The notes below the pieces were generated by a model. It was not told where the DNA came from. It saw only the letters and a program-made list of their open reading frames with translations, and ran no database searches. This document shows positions 14,101 through 28,700 of a stretch of DNA of 64,000 bases, in pieces. The position numbers and the translations under genes were made by a program. Origin of the DNA: the human T2T-CHM13v2.0 reference genome, Homo sapiens; assembly GCF_009914755.1 (NCBI RefSeq), contig NC_060948.1, one strand, 5' to 3'. Positions within the stretch are counted from its first letter, which is position 1. Every line of letters starts with the position of its first letter.

Positions 14101-16850
14101 TGGAATGGAATAGTATGGAATGGAATGGAAAGGAATGGAGTGGAATAGACTAGAGTGGAATGGAATGGACTGGAAAGCAATGGACTGGAATGGAACTTTC
14201 TTGAATGGACTGGAATCAAACGGAATGGAATGCAATGCAATCAAATGGCATGGAATAAAATGGAATGAAAGGGAATCAAATGGAATTGAATCGAATGGAA
14301 TCGAATGGATTGGAAAGGAATAGAATGGAATGGAATGGAATTGACTCAAATGGAATGGACTAGAATGGAATGGATTCGAATGGAAGGCAAAGGAATGGAA
14401 TCTATTGGAATGGACTGTAATGGAATGGAATGGAAGGGATTGGAATGGACTCGAATGGAATGGACTGCAATAGAAAGGATTCGAATGGAATGAAAAAGAA
14501 TTGAATGGAATAGAACAGAATGGAATCAAATAGAATGAAATGGAATGGAATAGAAAGGAATGGAATGAAATGGAATGGAAAGGATTCGAATGGAATGCAA
14601 TCGAATGGAATGGAATCGAACGGAATGGAATAAAATGGAAGAAAACTGGCAAGAAATGGAATCGAAATGAATGGAGTGTTATGGAACGGACTCAAAAGGA
14701 ATTGAATGTAATAGAATGGAGTGGAGTGGACTCGAATATAATGGACTGGAATGGAATGAAATCACATGGAATGGGAACGAATGGAATGGAATGGAAAGGA
14801 ATGGAATCGAATGGAAAGGAATCGAATGGAAGGGAATGAAATTGAATCAACAGGAATGGAAGGGAATAGAATAGACGGTAATGGAATGGACTCGAATAGA
14901 ATGGACACGAATGCTCAAATTGAATGGACTCGAATGGAATGGAAACGAAAGGAATGTCATCGAATGGAATTGAATCGATTGGAATGAAATCGCATAGAAT
15001 GGAGTGGAATCAAATGGAATTGAATCGAAAGGAAAGGAAGCGAATGGACTGAAATGAAATGGAATGGAATTGAATGGAAAGTAATGCAATGGAATAGAAT
15101 GGAACGAAATTTCACGGAATGGAATCAAATCAATGGAATCAAATCAAATGGAATGGAAAGGAATAGAATGGAGTAGATTGGATTGGATGGGATTGGAATG
15201 AAATGTACTGGAAAGGACTCGAATTTCATGAAACGGAATGGAATGAATTGGAACGGAATGGACTCGAATGGAATGGAATGTCATGGAATGGCATCAAATG
15301 GAATGGCATCAAATGGAATGGAATCGAATGCAATGGAATGCTATGGAATGGAATGGAATGCATTGGAATGGAATGTCCTCTAATGGAAAGGATTCGAGTG
15401 GAATGGAATCGAATATAATGGAGTCGAATGAAATGGAATTGAAAGGAATGGGATCGAATACAATGGAATATACTGGAATGTAATGTAATGAACTCGAATG
15501 TAATTGACTGGAATGGAATGTACATGAATGGAATGTAATCGAATGGAAAGTAATCCAATGGAATAGAATCTAATGCAATAAAATCGACTCAGATAGAGTA
15601 GAATGTAATGGAATGGAGTGCAGTGCAATGGAATGGAATGGAATGGAATGCAATGGAATGGAATGGAATGGAATGGAATGGGATGGAATGGGATGGAATG
15701 GTATGGAATGGATAGTAATGGACTGGAGTGAAATGGACTGGAAAGGAATGGACTCAAATTGAAAGGGCTCGAAAGGAATGGAGTCAAATGGAATGGTCTG
15801 GAATGGAATGAACACGAATGTAATGCAATCCAATAGAATGGAATCGAATGGCATGGAATATAAAGAAATGGAATCGAAGAGAATGGAAACAAATGGAATG
15901 GAATTGAATGGAATGGAATTGAATGGAATGGGAACGAATGGAGTGAAATTGTATGCAGTAGAAGGGAATAGAATGGAATGCAAGCGAAAGGAAAGGAATG
16001 GATTGGAATGGAATGGAATTCATTGGAATGGAAGGGAATGTAGTGTAATGGACAGGCCTGGAATAAAGTGGAATGCTACGGTCTCGAATGGAATAAAAAT
16101 GTATGGAATGGAATGCAATGAAACGGAATCGAATGTCATAGAATGTAATGGAATGCAAAAAAATGGAATCCAAAATCATTGACTGGAAAGGCTGGGTGTC
16201 GAAAGGAATTGACTCCAATGGAATGGAATCAAATGGAATGGAAGTGAATAGAATCGAACTAAATCGAATGGAATGGAATTGATAGGAACGGAATGGAAAG
16301 GAATGCAATGATTTGGCATGGAATGGAATCGAATGGCATCGAATGGAATGGAATGGAATGCAATGGAATGGAATGTATTAGAATGTAATGAACTTTAATG
16401 GAATGTACTCGAATGGATTCGACTGGAATGGAATGTTCTGGAAGTGAATGGACTCCAATGGAATGGATTCAAAAGGAATGGAATCGTACGGAATGGAATC
16501 TAATGGAATGGAATTAAATGGAAAAGAATCAAATTGAATAGCACGGAATTGAATTGAATGGAATCGAATGCAATGGAATCTAATGAAACGGAAAGGAAAG
16601 GAATGGAATGGAATGGAATGGGCTGGAATGGAAAGGAATCGAAACGAATGGAATGGAATCGAACTGAAGAGACTGGAATGGAATGCACTGGAATGGAAGG
16701 GAGTGTAATGGAAGGTTCTCGAAAAAAATGGAATCGAATGGAATGGAATTGAATGGAACGGAATAGAGTCGAATGGAATTGAATGGAATGGAATGGACTA
16801 GAGTGAAATGGAATCGAACCACAAGGAATGGACAGGAATAGAATGGTCTC
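11200..16850. repeat. Near-identical copy of ~4100-9750 at a 7097 bp (dimer) offset
   Basis: GGCC offsets 5434->12531 and 8958->16055 are both 7097. ORF-track entries repeat at +7097 (e.g. 6743..7555 vs 13840..14652, identical translation). B and C diagnostics are shared. Confidence 0.85.
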
Positions 16851-19220
16851 GAATTGAATGGAATCGTATGGAATGGCATCAAACGGAATGGAATGGACAG
16901 CCACGGAATGGAATGCACTCGAATGCAATGGAGTCGAAACTAATGGACTGGAATAGAATGGACTCGACTGGTACGGACTCCAATGGAATGGAATCGAATG
17001 GAAGGGAATCGAACGGAATGGACTCGAAGGGAAAAGACTGCAATGGAAAGGTCTCGAATGGAATGGAAATTAATGGAATGGAATGGAATCGAATGAAATG
17101 GAGTCAAAAGGAATGGAATCGAATGGCAAGAAATCGAATGTAATGGAATCGCAAGGAATTGATGTGAACGGAACGGAATGGAATGGAATCCAAAGGAATG
17201 GAATAGAATGGAATGGAATCGAATGGAAAGGACTCGAATGGAAATCACTCGAATAGAATGCAATTTAATAAAATAGGATCAAATGTAATGGAATGGAATG
17301 GAAAGGAATCGAAACGAAAGGAATGGAGACAGATGGAATGGAATGGAACAGAGAGCAATGGTATAGAATGGAATGGAATCATCTGGAATGGAATTGAATG
17401 GAATGGAATAATATGAAATGGAATGGAATGGAATGGAATGGAATGGAATGCCCTTGAATTAAATGGACTGGAATGGAATGGACTCGAACAGAGTGGAATG
17501 GAAAGTTTTGAGATAGAATGGAATGGACTCCTTTGGAATGCTCTAGTATGCAATGCAATCGACTGGCAGGGAATCAAAAGGAATGTAATCGAATGGATTG
17601 GACTGGAATGCAATGGACTCGAATAGATTGGAAACGGAATGCAAAGGAATGGAATGGAATAGTATGGAATGGAATGGAAAGGAATGGAGTGGAATAGACT
17701 AGAGTGGAATGGAATGGACTGGAAAGCAATGGACTGGAATGGAACTTTCTTGAATGGAGTGGAATCAAACGGAATGGAATGCAATGCAATCAAATGGCAT
17801 GGAATAAAATAGAATGAAAGAGAATCAAATGGAATTGAATCGAATGGAATCGAATGGATTGGAAAGGAATAGAATGGAATGGAATGGAATTGACTCAAAT
17901 GGAATGGACTAGAATGGAATGGATTCGAATGGAAGGCAAAGGAATGGAATCTTTTGGAATGGACTGTAATGGAATGGAATGGAAGGGATTGGAATGGACT
18001 CGAATGGAATGGACTGCAATAGATAGGATTCGAATGGAATGAAAAAGAATTGAATGGAATAGAACAGAATGGAATCAAATCGAATGAAATGGAATGGAAT
18101 AGAAAGGAATGGAATGAAATGGAATGGAAAGGATTCGAATGGAATGCAATCGAATGGAATGGAATCGAACGGAATGGAATAAAATGGAAGAAAACTGGCA
18201 AGAAATGGAATCGAAATGAATGGAGTGTTATGGAACGGACTCAAAAGGAATTGAACGTAATAGAATGGAGTGGAGTGGACTCGAATATAATGGACTGGAA
18301 TGAAATGAAATCACATGGAATGGGAACGAATGGAATGGAATGGAAAGGAATGGAATCGAATGGAAAGGAATCGAATGGAAGGGAATGAAATTGAATCAAC
18401 AGGAATGGAAGGGAATAGAATAGACGGTAATGGAATGGACTCGAATAGAATGGACACGAATGCTCAAATTGAATGGACTCGAATGGAATGGAAACGAAAG
18501 GAATGTCATCGAATGGAATTGAATCGATTGGAATGAAATGGCATAGAATGGAGTGGAATCAAATGGAATTGAATCGAAAGGAAAGGAAGCGAATGGACTG
18601 AAATGAAATGGAATGGAATTGAATGGAAAGTAATGCAATGGAATAGAATGGAACGAAATTTCACGGAATGGAATCAAACTGAATGGAATCAAATCAATGG
18701 AATCAAATCAAATGGAATGGAAAGGAATTGAATGGAGTAGATTGGATTGGATGGGATTGGAATGAAATGTACTGGAAAGGACTCGAATTTCATGAAACGG
18801 AATGGAATGAATTGGAACGGAATGGACTCGAATGGAATGGAATGTCATGGAATGGCATCAAATGGAATGGCATCAAATGGAATGGAATCGAATGCAATGG
18901 AATGCTATGGAATGGAATGGAATGCATTGGAATGGAATGTCCTCTAATGGAATGGATTCGAGTGGAATGGAATCTAATATAATGGAGTCGAATGAAATGG
19001 AATTGAAAGGAGTGGGATCGAATACAATGGAATATACTGGAATGTAATGTAATGAACTCGAATGTAATTGACTGGAATGGAATGTACATGAATGGAATGT
19101 AATCGAATGGAAAGTAATCCAATGGAATAGAATCTAATGCAATAAAACCGACTCAGATAGAGTAGAATGTAATGGAATGGAGTGCAGTGCAATGGAATGG
19201 AATGGAATGGAATGCAATGC

Positions 19221-19280
19221 AATGGAATGGAATGGAATGGAATGGAATGGAATGGAATGGAATGGAATGGAATGGAATGG
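19221..19280 (+). repeat. Perfect (AATGG)12 tract, the longest pure pentamer run noticed
   Basis: Counted directly. The homologous tract has 8 copies at 1483-1522 and 4 copies at 5052-5071. This unit is the longest (3604 bp). Confidence 0.9.
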
Positions 19281-22200
19281 GATGGAATGGGATGGGATGG
19301 AATGGTATGGAATGGATAGTAATGGACTGGAGTGAAATGGACTGGAAAGGAATGGACTCAAATTGAAAGGGCTCGAAAGGAATGGAGTCAAATGGAATGG
19401 TCTGGAATGGAATGAACACGAATGTAATGCAATCCAATAGAATGGAATCGAATGGCATGGAATATAAAGAAATGGAATCGAAGAGAATGGAAACAAATGG
19501 AATGGAATTGAATGGAATGGAATTGAATGGAATGGGAACGAATGGAGTGAAATTGTATGCAGTAGAAGGGAATAGAATGGAATGCAAGCGAAAGGAAAGG
19601 AATGGATTGGAATGGAATGGAATTCATTGGAATGGAAGGGAATGTAGTGTAATGGACAGGCCTGGAATAAAGTGGAATGCTACGGTCTCGAATGGAATAA
19701 AAATGTATGGAATGGAATGCAATGAAAGGGAATCGAATGTCATAGAATGTAATGGAATGCAACAAAATGGAATCCAAAATCATTGACTGGAAAGGCTGGG
19801 TGTCGAAAGGAATTGACTCCAATGGAATGGAATCGAATGGAATGGAAGTGAATAGAATCGAACTAAATCGAATGGAATGGAATTGATAGGAACGGAATGG
19901 AAAGGAATGCAATGATTTGGCATGGAATGGAATCGAATGGCATCGAATGGAATGGAATGGAATGCAATGGAATGGAATGTATTAGAATGTAATGAACTTT
20001 AATGGAATGTACTCGAATGGATTCGACTGGAATGGAATGTTCTGGAAGTGAATGGACTCCAATGGAATGGATTCAAAAGGAATGGAATCGTACGGAATGG
20101 AATCTAATGGAATGGAATTAAATGGAAATGAATCAAATTGAATAGCACGGAATTGAATTGAATGGAATGGAATGCAATGGAATCTAATGAAACGGAAAGG
20201 AAAGGAATGGAATGGAATGGAATGGGCTGGAATGGAAAGGAATCGAAACGAATGGAATGGAATCGAAGTGAAGAGACTGGAATGGAATGCACTGGAATGG
20301 AAGGGAGTGTAATGGAAGGTTCTCGAAAAAAATGGAATCGAATGGAATGGAATTGAATGGAACGGAATAGAGTCGAATGGAATTGAATGGAATGGAATGG
20401 ACTAGAGTGAAATGGAATCGAACCACAAGGAATGGACAGGAATAGAATGGTCTCGAATTGAATGGAATCGTATGGAATGGCATCAAACGGAATGGAATGG
20501 ACAGCCACGGAATGGAATGCACTCGAATGCAATGGAGTCGAAACTAATGGACTGGAATAGAATGGACTCGACTGGTACGGACTCCAATGGAATGGAATCG
20601 AATGGAAGGGAATCGAACGGAATGGACTCGAAGGGAAAAGACTGCAATGGAAAGGTCTCGAATGGAATGGAAATTAATGGAATGGAATGGAATCGAATGA
20701 AATGGAGTCAAAAGGAATGGAATCGAATGGCAAGAAATCGAATGTAATGGAATCGCAAGGAATTGATGTGAACGGAACGGAATGGAATGGAATCCAAAGG
20801 AATGGAATAGAATGGAATGGAATCGAATGGAAAGGACTCGAATGGAAATCACTCGAATAGAATGCAATTTAATAAAATAGGATCAAATGTAATGGAATGG
20901 AATGGAAAGGAATCGAAACGAAAGGAATGGAGACAGATGGAATGGAATGGAACAGAGAGCAATGGTATAGAATGGAATGGAATCATCTGGAATGGAATTG
21001 AATGGAATGGAATAATATGAAATGGAATGGAATGGAATGGAATGGAATGGAATGCCCTTGAATTAAATGGACTGGAACGGAATGGACTCGAACAGAGTGG
21101 AATGGAAAGTTTTGAGATAGAATGGAATGGACTCCTTTGGAATGGTGTAGTATGCAATGCAATCGACTGGCAGGGAATCAAAAGGAATGTAATCGAATGG
21201 ATTGGACTGGAATGCAATGGACTCGAATAGATTGGAAACGGAATGCAAAGGAATGGAATGGAATAGTATGGAATGGAATGGAAAGGAATGGAGTGGAATA
21301 GACTAGAGTGGAATGGAATGGACTGGAAAGCAATGGACTGGAATGGAACTTTCTTGAATGGACTGGAATCAAACGGAATGGAATGCAATGCAATCAAACG
21401 GCATGGAATAAAATAGAATGAAAGAGAATCAAATGGAATTGAATCGAATGGAATCGAATGGATTGGAAAGGAATAGAATGGAATGGAATGGAATTGACTC
21501 AAATGGAATGGACTAGAATGGAATGGATTCGAATGGAAGGCAAAGGAATGGAATCTTTTGGAATGGACTGTAATGGAATGGAATGGAAGGGATTGGAATG
21601 GACTCGAATGGAATGGACTGCAATAGATAGGATTCGAATGGAATGAAAAAGAATTGAATGGAATAGAACAGAATGGAATCAAATCGAATGAAATGGAATG
21701 GAATAGAAAGGAATGGAATGAAATGGAATGGAAAGGATTCGAATGGAATGCAATCGAATGGAATGGAATCGAACGGAATGGAATAAAATGGAAGAAAACT
21801 GGCAAGAAATGGAATCGAAATGAATGGAGTGTTATGGAACGGACTCAAAAGGAATTGAATGTAATAGAATGGAGTGGAGTGGACTCGAATATAATGGACT
21901 GGAATGGAATGAAATCACATGGAATGGGAACGAATGGAATGGAATGGAAAGGAATGGAATCGAATGGAAAGGAATCGAATGGAAGGGAATGAAATTGAAT
22001 CAACAGGAATGGAAGGGAATAGAATAGACGGTAATGGAATGGACTTGAATAGAATGGACACGAATGCTCAAATTGAATGGACTCGAATGGAATGGAAACG
22101 AAAGGAATGTCATCGAATGGAATTGAATCGATTGGAATGAAATGGCATAGAATGGAGTGGAATCAAATGGAATTGAATCGAAAGGAAAGGAAGCGAATGG

Positions 22201-22799
22201 ACTGAAATGAAATGGAATGGAATTGAATGGAAAGTAATGCAATGGAATAGAATGGAACGAAATTTCACGGAATGGAATCAAACTGAATGGAATCAAATCA
22301 ATGGAATCAAATCAAATGGAATGGAAAGGAATTGAATGGAGTAGATTGGATTGGATGGGATTGGAATGAAATGTACAGGAAAGGACTCGAATTTCATGAA
22401 ACGGAATGGAATGAATTGGAACGGAATGGACTCGAATGGAATGGAATGTCATGGAATGGCATCAAATGGAATGGCATCAAATGGAATGGAATCGAATGCA
22501 ATGGAATGCTATGGAATGGAATGGAATGCATTGGAATGGAATGTCCTCTAATGGAATGGATTCGAGTGGAATGGAATCGAATATAATGGAGTCGAATGAA
22601 ATGGAATTGAAAGGAATGGGATCGAATACAATGGAATATACTGGAATGTAATGTAATGAACTCGAATGTAATTGACTGGAATGGAATGTACATGAATGGA
22701 ATGTAATCGAATGGAAAGTAATCCAATGGAATAGAATCTAATGCAATAAAATCGACTCAGATAGAGTAGAATGTAATGGAATGGAGTGCAGTGCAATGG

Positions 22800-25700
22800 A
22801 ATGGAATGGAATGGAATGCAATGGAATGGAATGTTATGGAATGGAATGGGATGGAATGGTATGGAATGGACAGTAATGGACTGGAGTGAAATGGACTGGA
22901 AAGGAATGGACTCAAATTGAAAGGGCTCGAAAGGAATGGAGACAAATGGAATGGTCTGGAATGGAATGAACACGAATGTAATGCAATCCAATAGAATGGA
23001 GTCGATTGGCATGGAATATAAAGAAATGGAATCGAAGAGAATGGAAACAAATGGAATGGAATTGAATGGAATGGAATTGAATGGAATGGGAACGAATGGA
23101 GTGAAATTGTATGCAGTAGAAGAGAATAGAATGGAATGCAAGCGAAAGGAAAGGAATGGATTGGAATGGAATGGAATTCATTGGAATGGAAGGGAATGTA
23201 GTGTAATGGACAGGCCTGGAATAAAGTGGAATGCTACGGTCTCGAATGGTATAAAAATGTATGGAATGGAATGCAATGAAACGGAATCGAATGTCATAGA
23301 ATGTAATGGAATGCAAAAAAATGGAATCCAAAATCATTGACTGGAAAGGCTGGGTGTCGAAAGGAATTGACTCCAATGGAATGGAATCGAATGGAATGGA
23401 AGTGAATAGAATCGAACTAAATCGAATGGAATGGAATTGATAGGAAAGGAATGGAAAGGAATGCAATGATTTGGCATGGAATGCAATCGAATGGCATCGA
23501 ATGGAATGGAATGGAATGCAATGGAATGGAATGTATTAGAATGTAATGAACTTTAATGGAATGTACTCGAATGGATTCGACTGGAATGGAATGTTCTGGA
23601 AGTGAATGGACTCCAATGGAATGGATTCCAAAGGAATGGAATCGTACGGAATGGAATCTAATGGAATGGAATTAAATGGAAATGAATCAAATTGAATAGC
23701 ACGGAATTGAATTGAATGGAATGGAATGCAATGGAATCTAATGAAACGGAAAGGAAAGGAATGGAATGGAATGGAATGGGCTGGAATGGAAAGGAATCGA
23801 AACGAATGGAATGGAATCGAAGTGAAGAGACTGGAATGGAATGCACTGGAATGGAAGGGAGTGTAATGGAAGGTTCTCGAAAAAAATGGAATCGAATGGA
23901 ATGGAATTGAATGGAACGGAATAGAGTCGAATGGAATTGAATGGAATGGAATGGACTAGAGTGAAATGGAATCGAACCACAAGGAATGGACAGGAATAGA
24001 ATGGTCTCGAATTGAATGGAATCGTATGGAATGGCATCAAACGGAATGGAATGGACAGCCACGGAATGGAATGCACTCGAATGCAATGGAGTCGAAACTA
24101 ATGGACTGGAATAGAATGGACTCGACTGGTACGGACTGCAATGGAATGGAATCGAATGGAAGGGAATCGAACGGAATGGACTCGAAGGGAAAAGACTGCA
24201 ATGGAAAGGTCTCGAATGGAATGGAAATTAATGGAATGGAATGGAATCGAATGAAATGGAGTCAAAAGGAATGGAATCGAATGGCAAGAAATCGAATGTA
24301 ATGGAATCGCAAGGAATTGATGTGAACGGAACGGAATGGAATGGAATCCAAAGGAATGGAATAGAATGGAATGGAATCGAATGGAAAGGACTCGAATGGA
24401 AATCACTCGAATAGAATGCAATTTAATAAAATAGGATCAAATGTAATGGAATGGAATGGAAAGGAATCGAAACGAAAGGAATGGAGACAGATGGAATGGA
24501 ATGGAACAGAGAGCAATGGTATAGAATGGAATGGAATCATCTGGAATGGAATTGAATGGAATGGAATAATATGAAATGGAATGGAATGGAATGGAATGGA
24601 ATGCCCTTGAATTAAATGGACCGGACTCGAACAGAGTGGAATGGAAAGTGTTGAGATAGAATGGAATGGACTCCTTTGGAATGGTGTAGTATGCAATGCA
24701 ATCGACTGGCAGGGAATCAAAAGGAATGTAATGGAATGGATTGGACTGGAATGCAATGGACTCGAATAGATTGGAAACGGAATGCAAAGGAATAGAATGG
24801 AATAGTATGGAATGGAATGGAAAGGAATGGAGTGGAATAGACTAGAGTGGAATGGAATGGACTGGAAAGCAATGGACTGGAATGGAACTTTCTTGAATGG
24901 ACTGGAATCAAACGGAATGGAATGCAATGCAATCAAATGGCATGGAATAAAATAGAATGAAAGAGAATCAAATGGAATTGAATCGAATGGAATCGAATGG
25001 ATTGGAAAGGAATAGAATGGAATGGAATGGAATTGACTCAAATGGAATGGACTAGAATGGAATGGATTCGAATGGAAGGCAAAGGAATGGAATCTATTGG
25101 AATGGACTGTAATGGAATGGAATGGAAGGGATTGGAATGGACTCGAATGGAATGGACTGCAATAGAAAGGACTCGAATGGAATGAAAAAGAATTGAATGG
25201 AATAGAACAGAATGGAATCAAATCGAATGAAATGGAATGGAATAGAAAGGAATGGAATGAAATGGAATGGAAAGGATTCGAATGGAATGCAATCGAATGG
25301 AATGGAATCGAACGGAATGGAATAAAATGGAAGAAAACTGGCAAGAAATGGAATCGAAAGGAATGGAGTGTTATGGAACGGACTCAAAAGGAATTGAATG
25401 TAATAGAATGGAGTGGAGTGGACTCGAATATAATGGACTGGAATGGAATGAAATCACATGGAATGGGAACGAATGGAATGGAATGGAAAGGAATGGAATC
25501 GAATGGAAAGGAATCGAATGGAAGGGAATGAAATTGAATCAACAGGAATGGAAGGGAATAGAATAGACGGTAATGGAATGGACTCGAATAGAATGGACAC
25601 GAATGCTCAAGTTGAATGGACTCGAATGGAATGGAAACGAAAGGAATGTCATCGAATGGAATTGAATCGATTGGAATGAAATGGCATAGAATGGAGTGGA

Positions 25701-28700
25701 ATCAAATGGAATTGAATCGAAAGGAAAGGAAGCGAATGGACTGAAATGAAATGGAATGGAATTGAATGGAAAGTAATGCAATGGAATAGAATGGAACGAA
25801 ATTTCACGGAATGGAATCAAACTGAATGGAATCAAATCAATGGAATCTAATCAAATGGAATGGAAAGGAATTGAATGGAATAGATTGGATTGGATGGGAT
25901 TGGAATGAAATGTACTGGAAAGGACTCGAATTTCATGAAACGGAATGGAATGAATTGGAACGGAGTGGACTCGAATGGAATGGAATGTCATGGAATGGCA
26001 TCAAATGGAATGGCATCAAATGGAATGGAATCGAATGCAATGGAATGCTATGGAATGGAATGGAATGCATTGGAATGGAATGTCCTCTAATGGAATGGAT
26101 TCGAGTGGAATGGAATCGAATATAATGGAGTCGAATGAAATGGAATTGAAAGGAATGGGATCGAATACAATGGAATATACTGGAATGTAATGTAATGAAC
26201 TCGAATGTAATTGACTGGAATGGAATGTACATGAATGGAATGTAATCGAATGGAAAGTAATCCAATGGAATAGAATCTAATGCAATAAAATCGACTCAGA
26301 TAGAGTAGAATGTAATGGAATGGAGTGCAGTGCAATGGAATGGAATGGAATGGAATGCAATGGAATGGAATGTTATGGAATGGAATGGGATGGAATGGTA
26401 TGGAATGGACAGTAATGGACTGGAGTGAAATGGACTGGAAAGGAATGGACTCAAATTGAAAGGGCTCGAAAGGAATGGAGACAAATGGAATGGTCTGGAA
26501 TGGAATGAACACGAATGTAATGCAATCCAATAGAATGGAGTCGAATGGCATGGAATATAAAGAAATGGAATCGAAGAGAATGGAAACAAATGGAATGGAA
26601 TTGAATGGAATGGAATTGAATGGAATGGGAACGAATGGAGTGAAATTGTATGCAGTAGAAGAGAATAGAATGGAATGCAAGCGAAAGGAAAGGAATGGAT
26701 TGGAATGGAATGGAATTCATTGGAATGGAAGGGAATGTAGTGTAATGGACAGGCCTGGAATAAAGTGGAATGCTACGGTCTCGAATGGTATAAAAATGTA
26801 TGGAATGGAATGCAATGAAACAGAATCGAATGTCATAGAATGTAATGGAATGCAAAAAAATGGAATCCAAAATCATTGACTGGAAAGGCTGGGTGTCGAA
26901 AGGAATTGACTCCAATGGAATGGAATCGAATGGAATGGAAGTGAATAGAATCGAACTAAATCGAATGGAATGGAATTGATAGGAACGGAATGGAAAGGAA
27001 TGCAATGATTTGGCATGGAATGCAATCGAATGGCATCGAATGGAATGGAATGGAATGCAATGGAATGGAATGTATTAGAATGTAATGAACTTTAATGGAA
27101 TGTACTCGAATGGATTCGACTGGAATGGAATGTTCTGGAAGTGAATGGACTCCAATGGAATGGATTCCAAAGGAATGGAATCGTACGGAATGGAATCTAA
27201 TGGAATGGAATTAAATGGAAATGAATCAAATTGAATAGCACGGAATTGAATTGAATGGAATGGAATGCAATGGAATCTAATGAAACGGAAAGGAAAGGAA
27301 TGGAATGGAATGGAATGGGCTGGAATGGAAAGGAATCGAAACGAATGGAATGGAATCGAAGTGAAGAGACTGGAATGGAATGCACTGGAATGGAAGGGAG
27401 TGTAATGGAAGGTTCTCGAAAAAAATGGAATCGAATGGAATGGAATTGAATGGAACGGAATAGAGTCGAATGGAATTGAATGGAATGGAATGGACTAGAG
27501 TGAAATGGAATCGAACCACAAGGAATGGACAGGAATAGAATGGTCTCGAATTGAATGGAATCGTATGGAATGGCATCAAACGGAATGGAATGGACAGCCA
27601 CGGAATGGAATGCACTCGAATGCAATGGAGTCGAAACTAATGGACTGGAATAGAATGGACTCGACTGGTACGGACTCCAATGGAATGGAATCGAATGGAA
27701 GGGAATCGAACGGAATGGACTCGAAGGGAAAAGACTGCAATGGAAAGGTCTCGAATGGAATGGAAATTAATTGAATGGAATGGAATCGAATGAAATGGAG
27801 TCAAAAGGAATGGAATCGAATGGCAAGAAATCGAATGTAATGGAATCGCAAGGAATTGATGTGAACGGAACGGAATGGAATGGAATCCAAAGGAATGGAA
27901 TAGAATGGAATGGAATCGAATGGAAAGGACTCGAATGGAAATCACTCGAATAGAATGCAATTTAATAAAATAGGATCAAATGTAATGGAATGGAATGGAA
28001 AGGAATCGAAACGAAAGGAATGGAGACAGATGGAATGGAATGGAACAGAGAGCAATGGTATAGAATGGAATGGAATCATCTGGAATGGAATTGAATGGAA
28101 TGGAATAATATGAAATGGAATGGAATGGAATGGAATGGAATGCCCTTGAATTAAATGGACCGGACTCGAACAGAGTGGAATGGAAAGTGTTGAGATAGAA
28201 TGGAATGGACTCCTTTGGAATGGTGTAGTATGCAATGCAATCGACTGGCAGGGAATCAAAAGGAATGTAATGGAATGGATTGGACTGGAATGCAATGGAC
28301 TCGAATAGATTGGAAACGGAATGCAAAGGAATAGAATGGAATAGTATGGAATGGAATGGAAAGGAATGGAGTGGAATAGACTAGAGTGGAATGGAATGGA
28401 CTGGAAAGCAATGGACTGGAATGGAACTTTCTTGAATGGACTGGAATCAAACGGAATGGAATGCAATGCAATCAAATGGCATGGAATAAAATAGAATGAA
28501 AGAGAATCAAATGGAATTGAATCGAATGGAATCGAATGGATTGGAAAGGAATAGAATGGAATGGAATGGAATTGACTCAAATGGAATGGACTAGAATGGA
28601 ATGGATTCGAATGGAAGGCAAAGGAATGGAATCTATTGGAATGGACTGTAATGGAATGGAATGGAAGGGATTGGAATGGACTCGAATGGAATGGACTGCA

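Noticed and set aside
17245-18201. Longest minus-strand ORFs (313-318 aa, recurring in G and D units)
   Set aside because: Their length depends on whole-pentamer indels that shift frame between units (270, 275, 213, 131 and 110 aa versions exist), which is incompatible with coding constraint.
19221-19280. Resemblance to the SCA31 (TGGAA)n expansion and its poly-WNGME product
   Set aside because: Same pentamer, but there is no host gene or unique flank, and pure tracts are only ~12 copies within a diverged satellite.
25842-25856. DUX4-like GAATCTAATCA in D/E units, and tandem ATTGG (CCAAT) boxes near 1005-1030
   Set aside because: The first base mismatches TAAYYYAATCA, and near-matches are expected by chance in this background.
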